Shown: positions 1-10,477, numbered from the stretch's first letter. The stretch is 64,000 bases of DNA from Dehalococcoidia bacterium (GCA_963665775.2 CAXXTF010000002.1:992001-1056000); one strand, 5' to 3'. Translations and numbers: made by a program. Notes: generated from the letters alone by a model not told the origin.

Positions 1-285
1 TGCTGGTCGGGCATGTACGTCCCCGGCGGCAACCGTAACAACGGCCAGATCGATGACCCGGTGCTGACCGCCCAGATCTCAGACATCGAGCAAGATCTGG
101 ACCCGCCGTCCCGGAGACAGAAGATCCTCGACCTCCAGAACGACCTCGCTCTTAAGATGTACTATGTGCCGATGCAGGCGGGGGCGGCGCCGGTGGCCAC
201 CGCCTACCAGCCATATGTACAGAACGCAGTCACACATATCAGCCGGCAGGCCTATAACAATTCCTACTACTGGCTCGACCTGTAG
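1..285 (+). CDS. ABC transporter substrate-binding protein (family 5, peptide/nickel-like), C-terminal part; 5' end outside window
   Basis: Open frame from base 1. Translation 'RNNGQIDDPVLTAQI...DPPSRRQKILDLQNDLA..MYYVP...YWLD*' resembles the SBP_bac_5 C-terminus. Confidence 0.7.
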   Translation, partial: CWSGMYVPGGNRNNGQIDDPVLTAQISDIEQDLDPPSRRQKILDLQNDLALKMYYVPMQAGAAPVATAYQPYVQNAVTHISRQAYNNSYYWLDL

Positions 286-309
286 GCGAGAGTAGCGTAG
301 CAAAGGCTG

Positions 310-351
310 GACTAACGCCATCCATCCGTATCCGGATGGATGGCGTTAGTC
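310..351. terminator. Perfect 19-bp inverted repeat (hairpin) downstream of the SBP gene
   Basis: GACTAACGCCATCCATCCG-tatc-CGGATGGATGGCGTTAGTC. It lies 25 nt after the stop codon and between convergent genes, with no U-tract. Confidence 0.6.
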
Positions 352-843
352 GTGCCCGATGAGTGGGTTCGAGTCAGGGCAGATCGACGATCTGAAGTCC
401 AGAAACGCGGTCGCTTGGAAAGAGCAGTAATTATGCCTCACACACGTATGGGACTTCGCTAAATGCTGGTGGCGTCGAGAACTCCATCCTGTGGGGGCCG
501 TATCCCCTCCTGCCTACCCTCGCCTGCCCTGCGGATCCTCCCTCCTCGTCCGAAGCCAGGCGAGGGCCGCGATGGGCGGGCCCCACGTCGATACGCTGGT
601 CCGGGCAGCGGCGGATTCCGATCGCCAATGGCGTTCTGGAAACCCGCCGAATCGCGGGAGTTGGGCGACCGGAGCGGCCGTGAGCCAGGAACGCCACTGT
701 CCTGAACGCTGTTACCGTCGGCCTATAGTGACACGGGGCCGCCTAGGGCGCGCAGGCCGACGGGGGGCGCGTACCCCCCCCCCGGGTGATCGCAGCCCAC
801 AGTCCCGCCCTATTTCAGTCGCTGAGCTCTGTAGGTATGACCG

Positions 844-1992
844 CTATACGCCCGTTAAGTTGTAGAAGTTGCATGCATTATCGTGCAGGATTAGCTTCCT
901 CTCATCGTCGGGCACGTTCCTGAACAAGCGGTCGACTTGATTGCGGCTGTTGGGCCATTCATTACCGCCATGAGGGAAGTCCGTCGACCACATGATTCGG
1001 TCAACGCCGATGTAGTGGCGCAGCTCCACACCTATGTGGTCGCACATGAAGGTGGCCCAGAAGTTCCGGCGGAACTGCTCACTCGGAGCCATTTTCAGAT
1101 GGGACTTGCCCGTGATGAAGCGATAGTGTAGCCAGCGGTCATCAGCCTGCTCCAGGTAGCACGGAATCCAGCCAACATTGCACTCCGTAAACAGGATCTT
1201 AATTTTCGGGAAGCGTTCGGCGATCGCCTGGCCCAACAAACTATCGATAATTGGCATGGTGGTGGCGCCGCTCTTGGCCATAGTGCCAAGTGCGACCTGA
1301 TCGGGCCCCATGCCCTCGAAGGTAACGCGTGCGGGCGTAAAGTCTCCGGCGATGTGGATGCAGACAGGTAGGTTCGTGTCCTCGGCCATGGCCCAGAACT
1401 TATCGTCCTCCGGGCTCGGCATCTGCGAGCCATTGGGCCACCGAGTGAGATTGATCCCTGTGTGGCCTTTCTTCATGGACCGCTCCACTTCCGCCAGAGC
1501 GTCTTCGATTCCGGTGGTAGGCACCACGGCCAAACCGAAAATTCTGTTGCCGGACGGTCCGCAGAACTCTTCAACTATCCAATCGTTATAGGCCTGAGTG
1601 CAGGCCAGTATAAGCTCCCGATCGTCCCCGTAAGCGCCGGGGCCAAGAGGATAGATAACCTCGGCACCGATCCCGTCCAGGTCCATGTCCTCGACCCGCG
1701 CTTTCGAATCAAAATGGGAGGGGCGGATCGTGTCGTAGGTAACAACGGCCTCCGAATTGACATCGGTGGCCATCAAGCCACCTGCGTTGGTAGTAACGAA
1801 CATAGGCCGCACATGCTTGCCGTCTTCGTAGGACCATGCATCGCCACCGTTCGGCAGTTTCACGACCTTCGGAGCGCGCTCCTTCAGCTTCTGTGGCACC
1901 CTGCTCTGCCAGAGGTGTGGCGGCTCAGTAACGTGAGAGTCTGAGTCTACGATGTTGTAATCCAGTCTCGCGTGGGCTTGCCCCTGTAGCAT
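844..1992 (-). CDS. Amidohydrolase family protein (Amidohydro_2)
   Basis: Motifs DSDSH, 'DMDLDGI...VIYP', 'PVCIH', 'ECNVGWIP' and 'WSTDFPH'. ATG at 1992 preceded by an AGGAGG RBS. Confidence 0.9.
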   Translation of the reverse strand: MLQGQAHARLDYNIVDSDSHVTEPPHLWQSRVPQKLKERAPKVVKLPNGGDAWSYEDGKHVRPMFVTTNAGGLMATDVNSEAVVTYDTIRPSHFDSKARVEDMDLDGIGAEVIYPLGPGAYGDDRELILACTQAYNDWIVEEFCGPSGNRIFGLAVVPTTGIEDALAEVERSMKKGHTGINLTRWPNGSQMPSPEDDKFWAMAEDTNLPVCIHIAGDFTPARVTFEGMGPDQVALGTMAKSGATTMPIIDSLLGQAIAERFPKIKILFTECNVGWIPCYLEQADDRWLHYRFITGKSHLKMAPSEQFRRNFWATFMCDHIGVELRHYIGVDRIMWSTDFPHGGNEWPNSRNQVDRLFRNVPDDERKLILHDNACNFYNLTGV

Positions 1993-2544
1993 CTTGAGAT
2001 TTCCTCCTGTCACATAGATTAGGAATCGATCCTGGGCCAGCGATGAACCCTGCAGCCCATCACATCTCTCCGATCTGGCCGCCACGGTCACAAGGCCGGA
2101 CCGTGGTGAGACTATTCTAGTCCTATATCATAAAACGTCAAGGGGCGTTCCCAAGGCCAGATGAGCTTGCGTGAGGCCGCTCAGCGGCGTCGGGTGGAGC
2201 GAGATACGCGGACAAACGGCGAAGCCGCCCTGCCACACCTCCCCGCCAATCAGGATAACCGCGTAACAGATACAGATGTCTATTGCGGTCGTTGCCGGTC
2301 GGTCATGCCCAACCTAGAGGGCCCGCTGCCGTGCCCGGCGTACTGCAAGGGGTGCGTCTAGGCGGACTAGGAGACGCGCCCACAGTTGAGCGCGCCAGCT
2401 ACAAAGGCCCAGGAGCAAGGGGCACAACACCAATCTGCTAACGACTGTAATCACTGGGGCGATTACAGCGGATGAGGTTTTGGCGCCCCACAACGCTTGT
2501 TGGCACCATGCGGGATATGAACCTTGCTTGCGGTGCCATGCACG

Positions 2545-3422
2545 CTATGTACCGGCCCGAGCTGCCTGCAGGTGTGCCTCCGTCCGCGCGATGAAGTCGG
2601 CGAAAGGGCCGGCCAGGCGGGGCAGAAGTTCGCGGGCCGGGGTCGCGTCCAGCACCCTCCCGTTACTGATCTCTATCCACTCCTCGTAGCCCCACGGGAG
2701 CTCGGCCTGCTGAACCTCCGGCAGCAGCTGCGAGACGGCGTCCGATACCTCTCTCGAATGGTGATCGTCGTTGCCGTGGAACAGAAGCGTCGGCGCCCGG
2801 ATCGAGCGTAGGTCATCCTTCGTGCAGCCGATGAGCGGCATCTCCAGCCGGTAGTAGAAGGTCTCGTTCCAACGCTGCATCGTCCGGATAAACTCCTTCG
2901 GATCCAGGGCGAGCAGGCGGGTTCGGTTCCCAGGGTTCTTCGCAATCAGCTCGGAAAAGAAGGGGGTCTCCGCGACCGCCTCCATGCCGCCAGCCTGTGC
3001 CGCGTGGATGAACGGTACGTGGTACTGGTAGCCCAGGTTCTGGCTGGCATACGGACCGCCCGAGGCCATGAAGAGCACCAGCCCCCGCACGACCTCCGGG
3101 TGGCAGGCCGCCGCCATCAGGGAGACGCGACACCCCGCCGACCCGCCGCCGAGGTAGGACGGCGCGATACCGAGCTGCCGTACCAGCTCTGCGATGTCGT
3201 CCGCGCATACTTCCTGCTCCGACCGCTCGCCGCCGAAGTGGACATCCGAGCTGCCGGTGTTGCGTCTGTCCCAGATGACCACCTGACAGCGGTCGGCGAG
3301 GACTCGCGCTAGAGGACGCATCACCGCCTTTGCATTCCGTCCCCCGGAGTAAGTACAAGCGGCGGTCCGCTGCCGAACACCTCGTAGTGGATCGTGCAGC
3401 CGTCAATGGTGATTGTCGCCAT
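2545..3422 (-). pseudogene. Alpha/beta hydrolase, frameshifted (real mutation or sequencing error)
   Basis: N-terminus MATITIDGCTIHYEVFGSGPPLVLTPG is in one frame and the remainder (WDRRNTG, GGSAG nucleophile elbow) in another. One extra G in the G5 run at 3341-3345 restores TPGGRNAKAVMRP. Confidence 0.8.
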
Positions 3423-3734
3423 GCCTGCCCTCCAATCGCTTGCAATCAAGGCGGTCAATGCCCCGGCCCATTCTATCACCGGCATGGGCGGCAAGACTCC
3501 ATCGCGACTGCTTTCCCAGGTTTCCTCAATGGCGCACTGTTTTCTCAAGAGTTTCTGGATAGCCTCCAGTAGCCCAGAGCGATTCGAAGAGCATCCTCAC
3601 GCTAAGTCTGCATACTGTGCGCCTGAGCCGTCACTCTTAGGGGGTCATGCCACGTTGGCGCTCGAGAACATCTCGCCGGGCCGGTCATCACGAGCGTGCG
3701 GTGGCCCCTTACCTAGCGCCCCAGATCTGCGGAC

Positions 3735-3939
3735 GGCGCGGACTCTGAGCCCATAGTTGGCCTACATCCCTCAAGTAGTTCAGCGCGGCCTCCACGTCCA
3801 ACACCTCTTGCGGACGCTCTACTTCAGCCAACGTCCGCTTGATGGGTACAGTCTCTCGCTTCAGCCGCTACTCATCGACCTCCCCAAGCACATATAACCT
3901 TCGCCATCGATCCAATTCCCGGCGCAATCGACCTGTTTG
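3735..3939 (-). pseudogene. Remnant resembling the C-terminal coiled-coil region of a large serine recombinase
   Basis: Translation QTGRLRRELDRWRRLYVLGEVDE*RLKRETVPIKRTLAEVERPQEVLDVEAALNYLRDVGQLW. The L..LY..G.I/V.E...W pattern is typical of these regions. In-frame TAG at 3868-3870 and no catalytic domain. Confidence 0.45.
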
Positions 3940-4086
3940 GCCTTGATCCCCAGTCTCCCTCCCTGGGGCGGTAACGTCGTCTGAGCTCAGCCACGACTTC
4001 ACCGAGGTTTTCGGGGGGCAGCCGCGGTTGATTCAATTGGCCCGGCCGTTGACCGGTGATCGCCCCAGCGCTAACATAGCGCCGTC

Positions 4087-4659
4087 ATGAAATCCTGGGT
4101 CGCGCTGGCGCTGGTGGCGGTTTTGGGACTTGCATGCGCTGGCAGCCCCGTGGCTCCAACGTCTACCCCCCCGCCTACGCCGATGCCTACCAGCACTCCT
4201 CCTCCAACTCTGTCACCTCCGCCTACCGTAACGCCGACGCCCACCCTCACGACGGCACCACCACCATCGTCACCCACACCGACACCGACAGCTACGCTTC
4301 AACCTACGCTCACACCTACCCCTGCGCCCACTTTGGAGCCAACACCCACACCGGAAAGCACCTTGCAGATCAAGATGGTGCCCTTCATAACGTTCGACAG
4401 GGAACAGCTATCGATCCCTGCTGGCACTGAAGTGACCATCGTCGCCGACAACATCGACACGGGGCTCTCCCACAACTTCGCGGTCTACGCGAGTAGAGAG
4501 GTGGCGGAGAGCGAAGGGCAGTCGGCGGCCCTTGCCATGACAGAGGAGTGTAAGGGCCCATGTACCCGCCAGCTCACTCTCAACCTGGATACGGGCGAGT
4601 ATTTCTTCCGGTGTGAGGTTCACCCGCCAATAATGACCGGTACGCTGATCGTGCAGTAG
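4087..4659 (+). CDS. Cupredoxin-domain lipoprotein with Pro/Thr-rich linker
   Basis: Lipobox LGLAC, PT repeats, and type-1 copper ligands HN...CEVHPPIM. Confidence 0.85.
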   Translation: MKSWVALALVAVLGLACAGSPVAPTSTPPPTPMPTSTPPPTLSPPPTVTPTPTLTTAPPPSSPTPTPTATLQPTLTPTPAPTLEPTPTPESTLQIKMVPFITFDREQLSIPAGTEVTIVADNIDTGLSHNFAVYASREVAESEGQSAALAMTEECKGPCTRQLTLNLDTGEYFFRCEVHPPIMTGTLIVQ

Positions 4660-4871
4660 GCCGGTCTTACCGCCGCGGCAGTATCGCCGTCCGCCACGTA
4701 CCAGCGCGATTGCGGAAAGCGCTCCGGCTCCAACTAACAGATGGCGTAGGCAGCGAACATGCGGTCCTTCTCGAGGCGAGGCAGGACCTGCGAGACCTCG
4801 GTCAGGCGTCGGATGCGGTAGGTCACGCCGTTCTTGGTCACTACCTCGACCGGAAGCGGGTCGTTCTCCAT
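4660..4871 (-). pseudogene. Truncated N-terminal fragment, probably of a GNAT acetyltransferase
   Basis: MENDPLPVEV...LEKDRMFAAYAIC*LEPERFPQSRWYVA, with an in-frame TAG at 4734-4736. The fragment runs into the end of the cupredoxin gene. Confidence 0.4.
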
Positions 4872-5146
4872 GCGCTGAGTGTACCTTAGTCGCTCGCCTC
4901 AGGTGACCACCCTAGAAGGGGCTACCGAGACAGGAACTGGTTCGCAGTCGGCACTCGTGAGCCGTCTCGCCGGGTTATCATCCGGCCCCAAGTCCGGCTT
5001 AACGCCATGTAGTAAATAGAGCACAAGGGGCACAGGGCGTCACGGGGCTTCAAGTTTCGCTTTGCCAGTTCGCATATCATAGGCTAAGGACAGAGAGCCC
5101 GTGGGCGCGTGAGCTCGCCCGCGCTACGGAAGTGAAAGAGCAACAC

Positions 5147-5773
5147 ATGGAGTCGGCAGCAAGAAACCTCAGGGTGCTCATCGTGGCGAACGACTCTCTG
5201 GCCCGATTAGGGCTCGCAGCGCTACTCACGGACGAGCCTGGGCTTACTGTCGTGGGTCAGGCCGGAGAGACGGATCTCTCGGGCAGCCAAGAAATGTATC
5301 ATCCCGATGTGGTCCTTTGGGACATGGGATGGAACACCTCACCTCTCGGCGAGCACGTCGCCGAACAGACTGAAGGGGCGCCGGTTGTAGCGTTGGTGGC
5401 GAATGAAGACGGTGTGGCCGACGCCCAGATGATAGGAGCCCGTGCAGTCATCTTCCGAAATGCGGATATCGAGACCATACGGGCTGCGGCAGTAGCCGTC
5501 GACCGGGGGTTGATGGTTCTCGATCCGGCTTTTGCCAAGGTGACAGCGGCCGGAGTTCGGTCGTCGCGTGCTGCCGAGGATTTAACCTCTCGAGAACGGG
5601 AAGTGCTTATACTGCTGGCAGACGGCCTATCGAACAAGCTCATTGCACGGCGTCTAGATATCAGCGAACACACTGTCAAATTCCATGTAAACGCGATCCT
5701 TGGCAAGCTCGGTGTTCAAAGCCGCACAGAGGCCGTCAGTCATGCCGCTCGCCTCGGGCTGATCACCCTCTAG
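5147..5773 (+). CDS. NarL/LuxR-family response regulator (alternative GTG start at 5132)
   Basis: REC domain (PDVVLWD) plus LuxR HTH 'LTSREREVLILLADGLSNKLIARRLDISEHTVKFHV'. Confidence 0.92.
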   Translation: MESAARNLRVLIVANDSLARLGLAALLTDEPGLTVVGQAGETDLSGSQEMYHPDVVLWDMGWNTSPLGEHVAEQTEGAPVVALVANEDGVADAQMIGARAVIFRNADIETIRAAAVAVDRGLMVLDPAFAKVTAAGVRSSRAAEDLTSREREVLILLADGLSNKLIARRLDISEHTVKFHVNAILGKLGVQSRTEAVSHAARLGLITL

Positions 5774-5867
5774 ACCTGGCCATTTTTCCAGGTAACAACC
5801 TAATCGAACGGGTGGTGTATCCGTTTCTGCCTCCGCGTAGACTATGGTTACGAAGGAGGTGCTGGTA

Positions 5868-6761
5868 ATGACCGAAATCCTATCAAGTCTGTCCAACGGA
5901 CTGGCGGGAGCAGTCGATGCTGCTAGCCCGGCGGTAGTCCGTGTTGAGGCCCGGCCTCGCTTGGCTGGCAGTGGCATAGTCTGGAACCCAGAGGGCATCA
6001 TAGTGACGGCACAGCATATCATCGAGCGCGAAGACAACCTCAAAGTCGGGCTGCCCGATGGTCGGACGGTGCCGGCGGTGCTGGTTGGCGCTGACCAGGC
6101 AACGGATCTGGCCGTCTTGCGTGCCGAAGCCAAGGATCTCACACCGGCGGGCTGGGCTGAAGCCGCTAACACCCGAGTAGGGCATTTGGTGCTGGCCCTC
6201 GGGAGGCCGGGCCGAGGCGTGCAGGCGACGTTAGGGATCGTGAGCGCTCTGGGAGAAGGCTGGCGCACACCAGCCGGCGGCAATGTAGACCGTTACCTGC
6301 AGACGGATGTAGTGATGTATCCAGGGTTTTCCGGGGGACCGTTGGTAGATGTGGAGGGAGAAGCTCTGGGGCTCAACACATCAGCATTCCGAGGTGTCAG
6401 CCTCACGATACCATTGACGACCTTGCGCCGGGTGGTCGATATGATCCTCACTTTTGGGCGCGTGCGCCGGGGTTACGGTGGCGTTGCTACCCAACCAGTT
6501 CGCCTGCCTGAGGCGCTGGCTCAACAGGTGGGCCAGGAGACCGGTTTGCTAGTCGTATCGGTGGAGGCGAGTAGCCCTGCCGATTCGGCCGGTGTCCTAC
6601 TGGGTGACATCCTGGTCGGACTGGAGGGTAAACCTCTGCGCAGCCTGGACGAATTGTTGGCTTCCCTAAGTGATGACCGGATCGGTGTGGCGATGCCGTT
6701 AACGATAGTGCGCGGCGGACAAGCCCGCGAGCTGACTCTTACGATCGGAGAGCGCAGCTGA
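5868..6761 (+). CDS. S1C (HtrA-like) serine protease with PDZ domain
   Basis: TAQH, DLAVL and PGFSGGPL triad motifs plus a C-terminal PDZ domain. AAGGAGG RBS before ATG 5868. Confidence 0.9.
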   Translation: MTEILSSLSNGLAGAVDAASPAVVRVEARPRLAGSGIVWNPEGIIVTAQHIIEREDNLKVGLPDGRTVPAVLVGADQATDLAVLRAEAKDLTPAGWAEAANTRVGHLVLALGRPGRGVQATLGIVSALGEGWRTPAGGNVDRYLQTDVVMYPGFSGGPLVDVEGEALGLNTSAFRGVSLTIPLTTLRRVVDMILTFGRVRRGYGGVATQPVRLPEALAQQVGQETGLLVVSVEASSPADSAGVLLGDILVGLEGKPLRSLDELLASLSDDRIGVAMPLTIVRGGQARELTLTIGERS

Positions 6762-6771
6762 GAAGGGGTGG

Positions 6772-7404
6772 ATGGTGAATCTATTACAAGAGTTGAACCG
6801 TGAGACGGCAGGTGTGATCGAACGGGTACGGAGCAGCCTGGTGGAGATTCGCAACAGCGGCGGAGGCGTTGGCTCGGCGGTGATCTGGCATTCGAATGGC
6901 CTTCTCATCACGAATGCCCACGTTATCCAGCGCAAAGGTCTGGAGGTCAGGTTCAGAGATGGACGGATCCTCCCCGCCCGAGTCCTGGGATATGACGATG
7001 AGAACGACATCGCTGCTCTGGGAGTGGAGGGGCATGACTTGCCTGTAGCGGAAATTGGCGATTCCCGAGAACTCCGGCCTGGACAGTGCGTGTTCGCGTT
7101 AGGGAATCCTTGGGGAGTTATCGGCTCCGTGACGGCCGGCATCGTTGTGGGAACAGACGGAGCGGGCTCGAATATGCGGGCGGACGATCGGGAGTGGATT
7201 GTCGTTGACCTGCAGCTCCGGCCGGGGAATTCAGGTGGACCCTTAGTTGACGTCGGCGGTCGGCTGGTCGGCATCAATACGATGATCTCCGGTCCTGAGG
7301 TCGGTTTGGCCGTGCCAACCCATGTGGTCCAGGGCTTTCTGGCTCGGCTCGGAGAGTCGAGAATGAAACAGAGGGATCAGGCGGACCACAACTGGCTGGC
7401 GTAA
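6772..7404 (+). CDS. S1C trypsin-like serine protease, no PDZ
   Basis: TNAHV, DIAAL and PGNSGGPL motifs. Confidence 0.9.
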   Translation: MVNLLQELNRETAGVIERVRSSLVEIRNSGGGVGSAVIWHSNGLLITNAHVIQRKGLEVRFRDGRILPARVLGYDDENDIAALGVEGHDLPVAEIGDSRELRPGQCVFALGNPWGVIGSVTAGIVVGTDGAGSNMRADDREWIVVDLQLRPGNSGGPLVDVGGRLVGINTMISGPEVGLAVPTHVVQGFLARLGESRMKQRDQADHNWLA

Positions 7405-7439
7405 ACACCATCGGGTTTGAACAGGCAGCGCCGGGAAAG

Positions 7440-8048
7440 TCAGTTAGTGAGGAGTCCCGGGAAGGAAGTTGAGAGCCCCTCCAGGATGAAATCGGTGGCG
7501 ATGGCGAAAAGGAGTATGCCGACGAGACGGGAGAGGAGCCGTAGAGCAGAGGCGCCTAGGCGCACGAATAGCAAACTGGCCCCGGCAAAGGCGAAGAAGG
7601 CGAGGGCTAGCACCAGAGACATGGCGAGGATGGTGGTGCCTGGCCCCACGGTCTCGGAAAAAGAGGTGGCGGTGGCGAGAGCGCCGGGGCCGGCCAGGAG
7701 AGGTGTGGCGAAGGGGACCAGGGCTATCTCCACAGGCTCCCCCCCGTGCTCTTCGGAGATCACCATAGACTGACCATGGACCACCAGTTGGTAGGCTGAG
7801 AGCAGCAGGAGAGATCCAGCCGCCACCTTGAAGCTCCCTTGAGAGATGTCCAAGAGGTCAAGCACCTCCCTGCCCCACAGGCTGAACAATATCAGCATGG
7901 CGGCAGCAGCTAGCACTGCAATGGCGGCGACCTGAAGTTGGCGAGGGAAAGAGAGGGCACGGGTCAGAACGTAGAAGACAAGCACGTTGCCGATGGGGTC
8001 GATAATGGCGAGGAAAGACACGAAAGCGCGAGCCAAATCCTCACTCAT
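7440..8048 (-). CDS. MarC family integral membrane protein
   Basis: Motifs 'IIDPIGN', 'SFKVAAG', 'VPFATPLLAGPG' and 'RLVGILL'. Confidence 0.9.
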   Translation of the reverse strand: MSEDLARAFVSFLAIIDPIGNVLVFYVLTRALSFPRQLQVAAIAVLAAAAMLILFSLWGREVLDLLDISQGSFKVAAGSLLLLSAYQLVVHGQSMVISEEHGGEPVEIALVPFATPLLAGPGALATATSFSETVGPGTTILAMSLVLALAFFAFAGASLLFVRLGASALRLLSRLVGILLFAIATDFILEGLSTSFPGLLTN

Positions 8049-8569
8049 AGCCGCATTGTACAGCCTGAACAGGGCGAGAAGGTGCTGGGTCACAAGGGCT
8101 TATTGCTGCTCCCCGGTTGGGCCGGCCCCGCTTAATGAGACGCTATTCAGCCATAGTGCCAGCTCCCCGGCATTCCCCCACCGGTCTGCACAGAGTTCCT
8201 TGCCGGGACAAACCCGCCCAGTGCTTACCCTCGCAAGAAGTGTTACGATGCTCGCGAGCCCAGCATTCCAGCTGCAGCGACTTTTCGGCTGGGCATCCAC
8301 TCGGCAGGTCTGCAGGTAATCGGCAAGCCGGCTCGTTGAACTCGGAGGGTTCCGGTGAGTGAAACCGATTGGGAGCGACTGATCAGGGACACCATCGATG
8401 GTGGAACACTCCTGACCAAGAAGGTGTTCGGTGGAACACATTCGATGACCGCCCAAGAAGTGTTGGAGCTCCTCTAGAAGAACCGAGGAATCGAGTACAA
8501 GCCGGGCCGACCTTGATATGGGGAATGTCGCATCGCATCTGGTTAGCGTTTTCATGACGGGATGAGGTG

Positions 8570-9010
8570 ATGCCGACGTCTACTCTGGAGAACACGATCG
8601 CCATCGCAGCGCCGATCGAGCAGGTATGTCATCTGGCGTGTGCCATCGAGCACATCCCTGAGTGGTTCCTTGGCGCGAAGGTCGCCAACGTGAACCCGAC
8701 CGACATTATGGTGGACACCACTTGGGACTGGAGCTATCGCATTTGGGGCTGGCGGTTCAGAGGCCAGGCCAGGCTGGTGGAGTACGAAGAGCCACATCGC
8801 AGCGCCACAGAAACGTCGGGGGGTGTCGTGGCTCGTTTCCTCTGGACTTATGCGCCCCGGGATGGGGAAACGCTGGTCAAAAGCACGGTGGATTACTCCG
8901 TCCCCATGGGCCTATTCGGCCAGATAGCCGACCGGCTGTTGGTTCGGCGGGCGTTCGCGAGCAATGTGCAACGTAGCCTGGAAAACCTCAAACGGGCGTG
9001 CGAGTCGTAG
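8570..9010 (+). CDS. SRPBCC (polyketide cyclase/START-like) family protein
   Basis: 'IAIAAPIEQV...IPEWF' and 'YSVPMGLFGQIADRL...LENLK' pattern. GAGG RBS. Confidence 0.8.
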   Translation: MPTSTLENTIAIAAPIEQVCHLACAIEHIPEWFLGAKVANVNPTDIMVDTTWDWSYRIWGWRFRGQARLVEYEEPHRSATETSGGVVARFLWTYAPRDGETLVKSTVDYSVPMGLFGQIADRLLVRRAFASNVQRSLENLKRACES

Positions 9011-9034
9011 CCGGGTACGGCGGTAGGAGGTTAA

Positions 9035-10477
9035 GTGGGCATTTCACAGAGTGACCTAGAGGCCAGGCTGGGGCAGCAGAAGCAGCGAGACGAGATCCTG
9101 CTGGAGGTGACTCGCAGCGTCTGTCCTACCTGCCGACAGGTAATCGACGCCCAGATTTTCATGCGCGATAACCGCATCGTCATGCGTAAGCGCTGCCCTG
9201 AGCACGGGCGGTTCGAGGCGCTGATCTGGTCGGACGCCCAGATGTACCTGAAAGCGATGCCCTACAACAAGCCGGGGACTATGCCCCTGCAGTTCAACTC
9301 GGAAGTGAAAGACGGCTGTCCCTTTGACTGCGGCCTCTGCCCCGATCACCAGCAGCACACCTGCGTAGGCATAATCGAGGTCACCGGGCGCTGCAACCTG
9401 GACTGCCCGGTCTGCTTCGCCGGCGACGAACACGACACCCGCCTGAGCCTGGAGCAGGTCGACTCCATCCTGGAGAACCTGTTGCGCTGCGAGGAGTGGC
9501 CGGACGTAGTGCAGTTCAGCGGCGGCGAGCCCACGGTGCATCCCCAGATCCTGGATATGTTGCGCCTGGCCAAGAGCAAGCCCATCAAGGCGGTGATGCT
9601 GAACACTAACGGCCTCCGCATCGCCAACGACAAGCGCTTCGTGGACGCCCTGGCGGAGATCCGGCCCTATATCTATCTGCAGTTCGATGGCCTTGAGGCG
9701 CAGACGTACGAGCGCCTACGCGGCCGCAACCTTCTCGACGTCAAGCTGCGCGCCCTGGACAACCTGGCGGCAGCCGGCCTCGGCGCGATCCTGGTCAGCA
9801 CCGTCATCAAAGGGGTCAACGACCATGAGGTGGGCGAGATCGTCAAGTTCGGCGTCCGCCATCCCGCCGTGCGTGGGGTCTCCTTCCAGCCCGGGTTCGC
9901 CAGCGGCCGCTATCTGCCGCCCTTCGACCCGATGGACCGCACCACAATACCGGACGTGATCAAAGGGATCGAGGCCCAGACCGACGGCATGTTCGTGGCC
10001 GACGACATCATTCCCATCCCCTGCTGCTTCCCCACCTGCTCCGCCGCCACCTACGCTCTCATGATCGACGACGAGGTCGTTCCTCTTCCCCGGTTGGTTG
10101 AGGTCGAAGACTACTTGGACTACTTCACCAACCGGGCCATCCCGGAGCCGGCCCACGAGGTGATGCAGGCCTTGGAAAGCCTCTGGTCGGCCTCCGGCGG
10201 GCAGGGCCCGGATCGGGCCCTGCAGCACTTCTGCACGGCCTGCGGCATCGACTTCTCCCATCTGGAGGAGCTGGAGCAGATGCTGTTCATGATCGTCATC
10301 GTCGCTTTCCAGGACGAGTGGAATTTCGACGTCAAGCGGGTCATGAAGTGCTGTGTGCACGAGCTGCTGCCCGGCGATCGGATCATCCCCTTCTGCGCCT
10401 ACAACTCCGTAGGTTATCGAGAGCAGGAGCGGGGCGATCCGATCGTATCGCCCAAGTACGAGGCGGCGGAGCGATGA
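9035..10477 (+). CDS. Radical SAM protein, Tes/GDGT-MAS (MJ0619-like) family
   Basis: Rubredoxin-like CPTC...CPEH, auxiliary CPFDCGLCPDHQQHTC, RS motif CNLDCPVC, GGEPT, and C-terminal KCCVH...IPFCAYN. AGGAGG RBS before GTG. Confidence 0.85.
   Translation: MGISQSDLEARLGQQKQRDEILLEVTRSVCPTCRQVIDAQIFMRDNRIVMRKRCPEHGRFEALIWSDAQMYLKAMPYNKPGTMPLQFNSEVKDGCPFDCGLCPDHQQHTCVGIIEVTGRCNLDCPVCFAGDEHDTRLSLEQVDSILENLLRCEEWPDVVQFSGGEPTVHPQILDMLRLAKSKPIKAVMLNTNGLRIANDKRFVDALAEIRPYIYLQFDGLEAQTYERLRGRNLLDVKLRALDNLAAAGLGAILVSTVIKGVNDHEVGEIVKFGVRHPAVRGVSFQPGFASGRYLPPFDPMDRTTIPDVIKGIEAQTDGMFVADDIIPIPCCFPTCSAATYALMIDDEVVPLPRLVEVEDYLDYFTNRAIPEPAHEVMQALESLWSASGGQGPDRALQHFCTACGIDFSHLEELEQMLFMIVIVAFQDEWNFDVKRVMKCCVHELLPGDRIIPFCAYNSVGYREQERGDPIVSPKYEAAER

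Noticed and set aside
362-380. tRNA T-arm-like GGGTTCGAGTC
   Set aside because: The T-stem does not pair, and there is no acceptor stem or anticodon arm.
2161-2361. Small Cys-rich ORF (CGRC...CPAYCKGC)
   Set aside because: No RBS or recognisable family, so it cannot be distinguished from a chance ORF.
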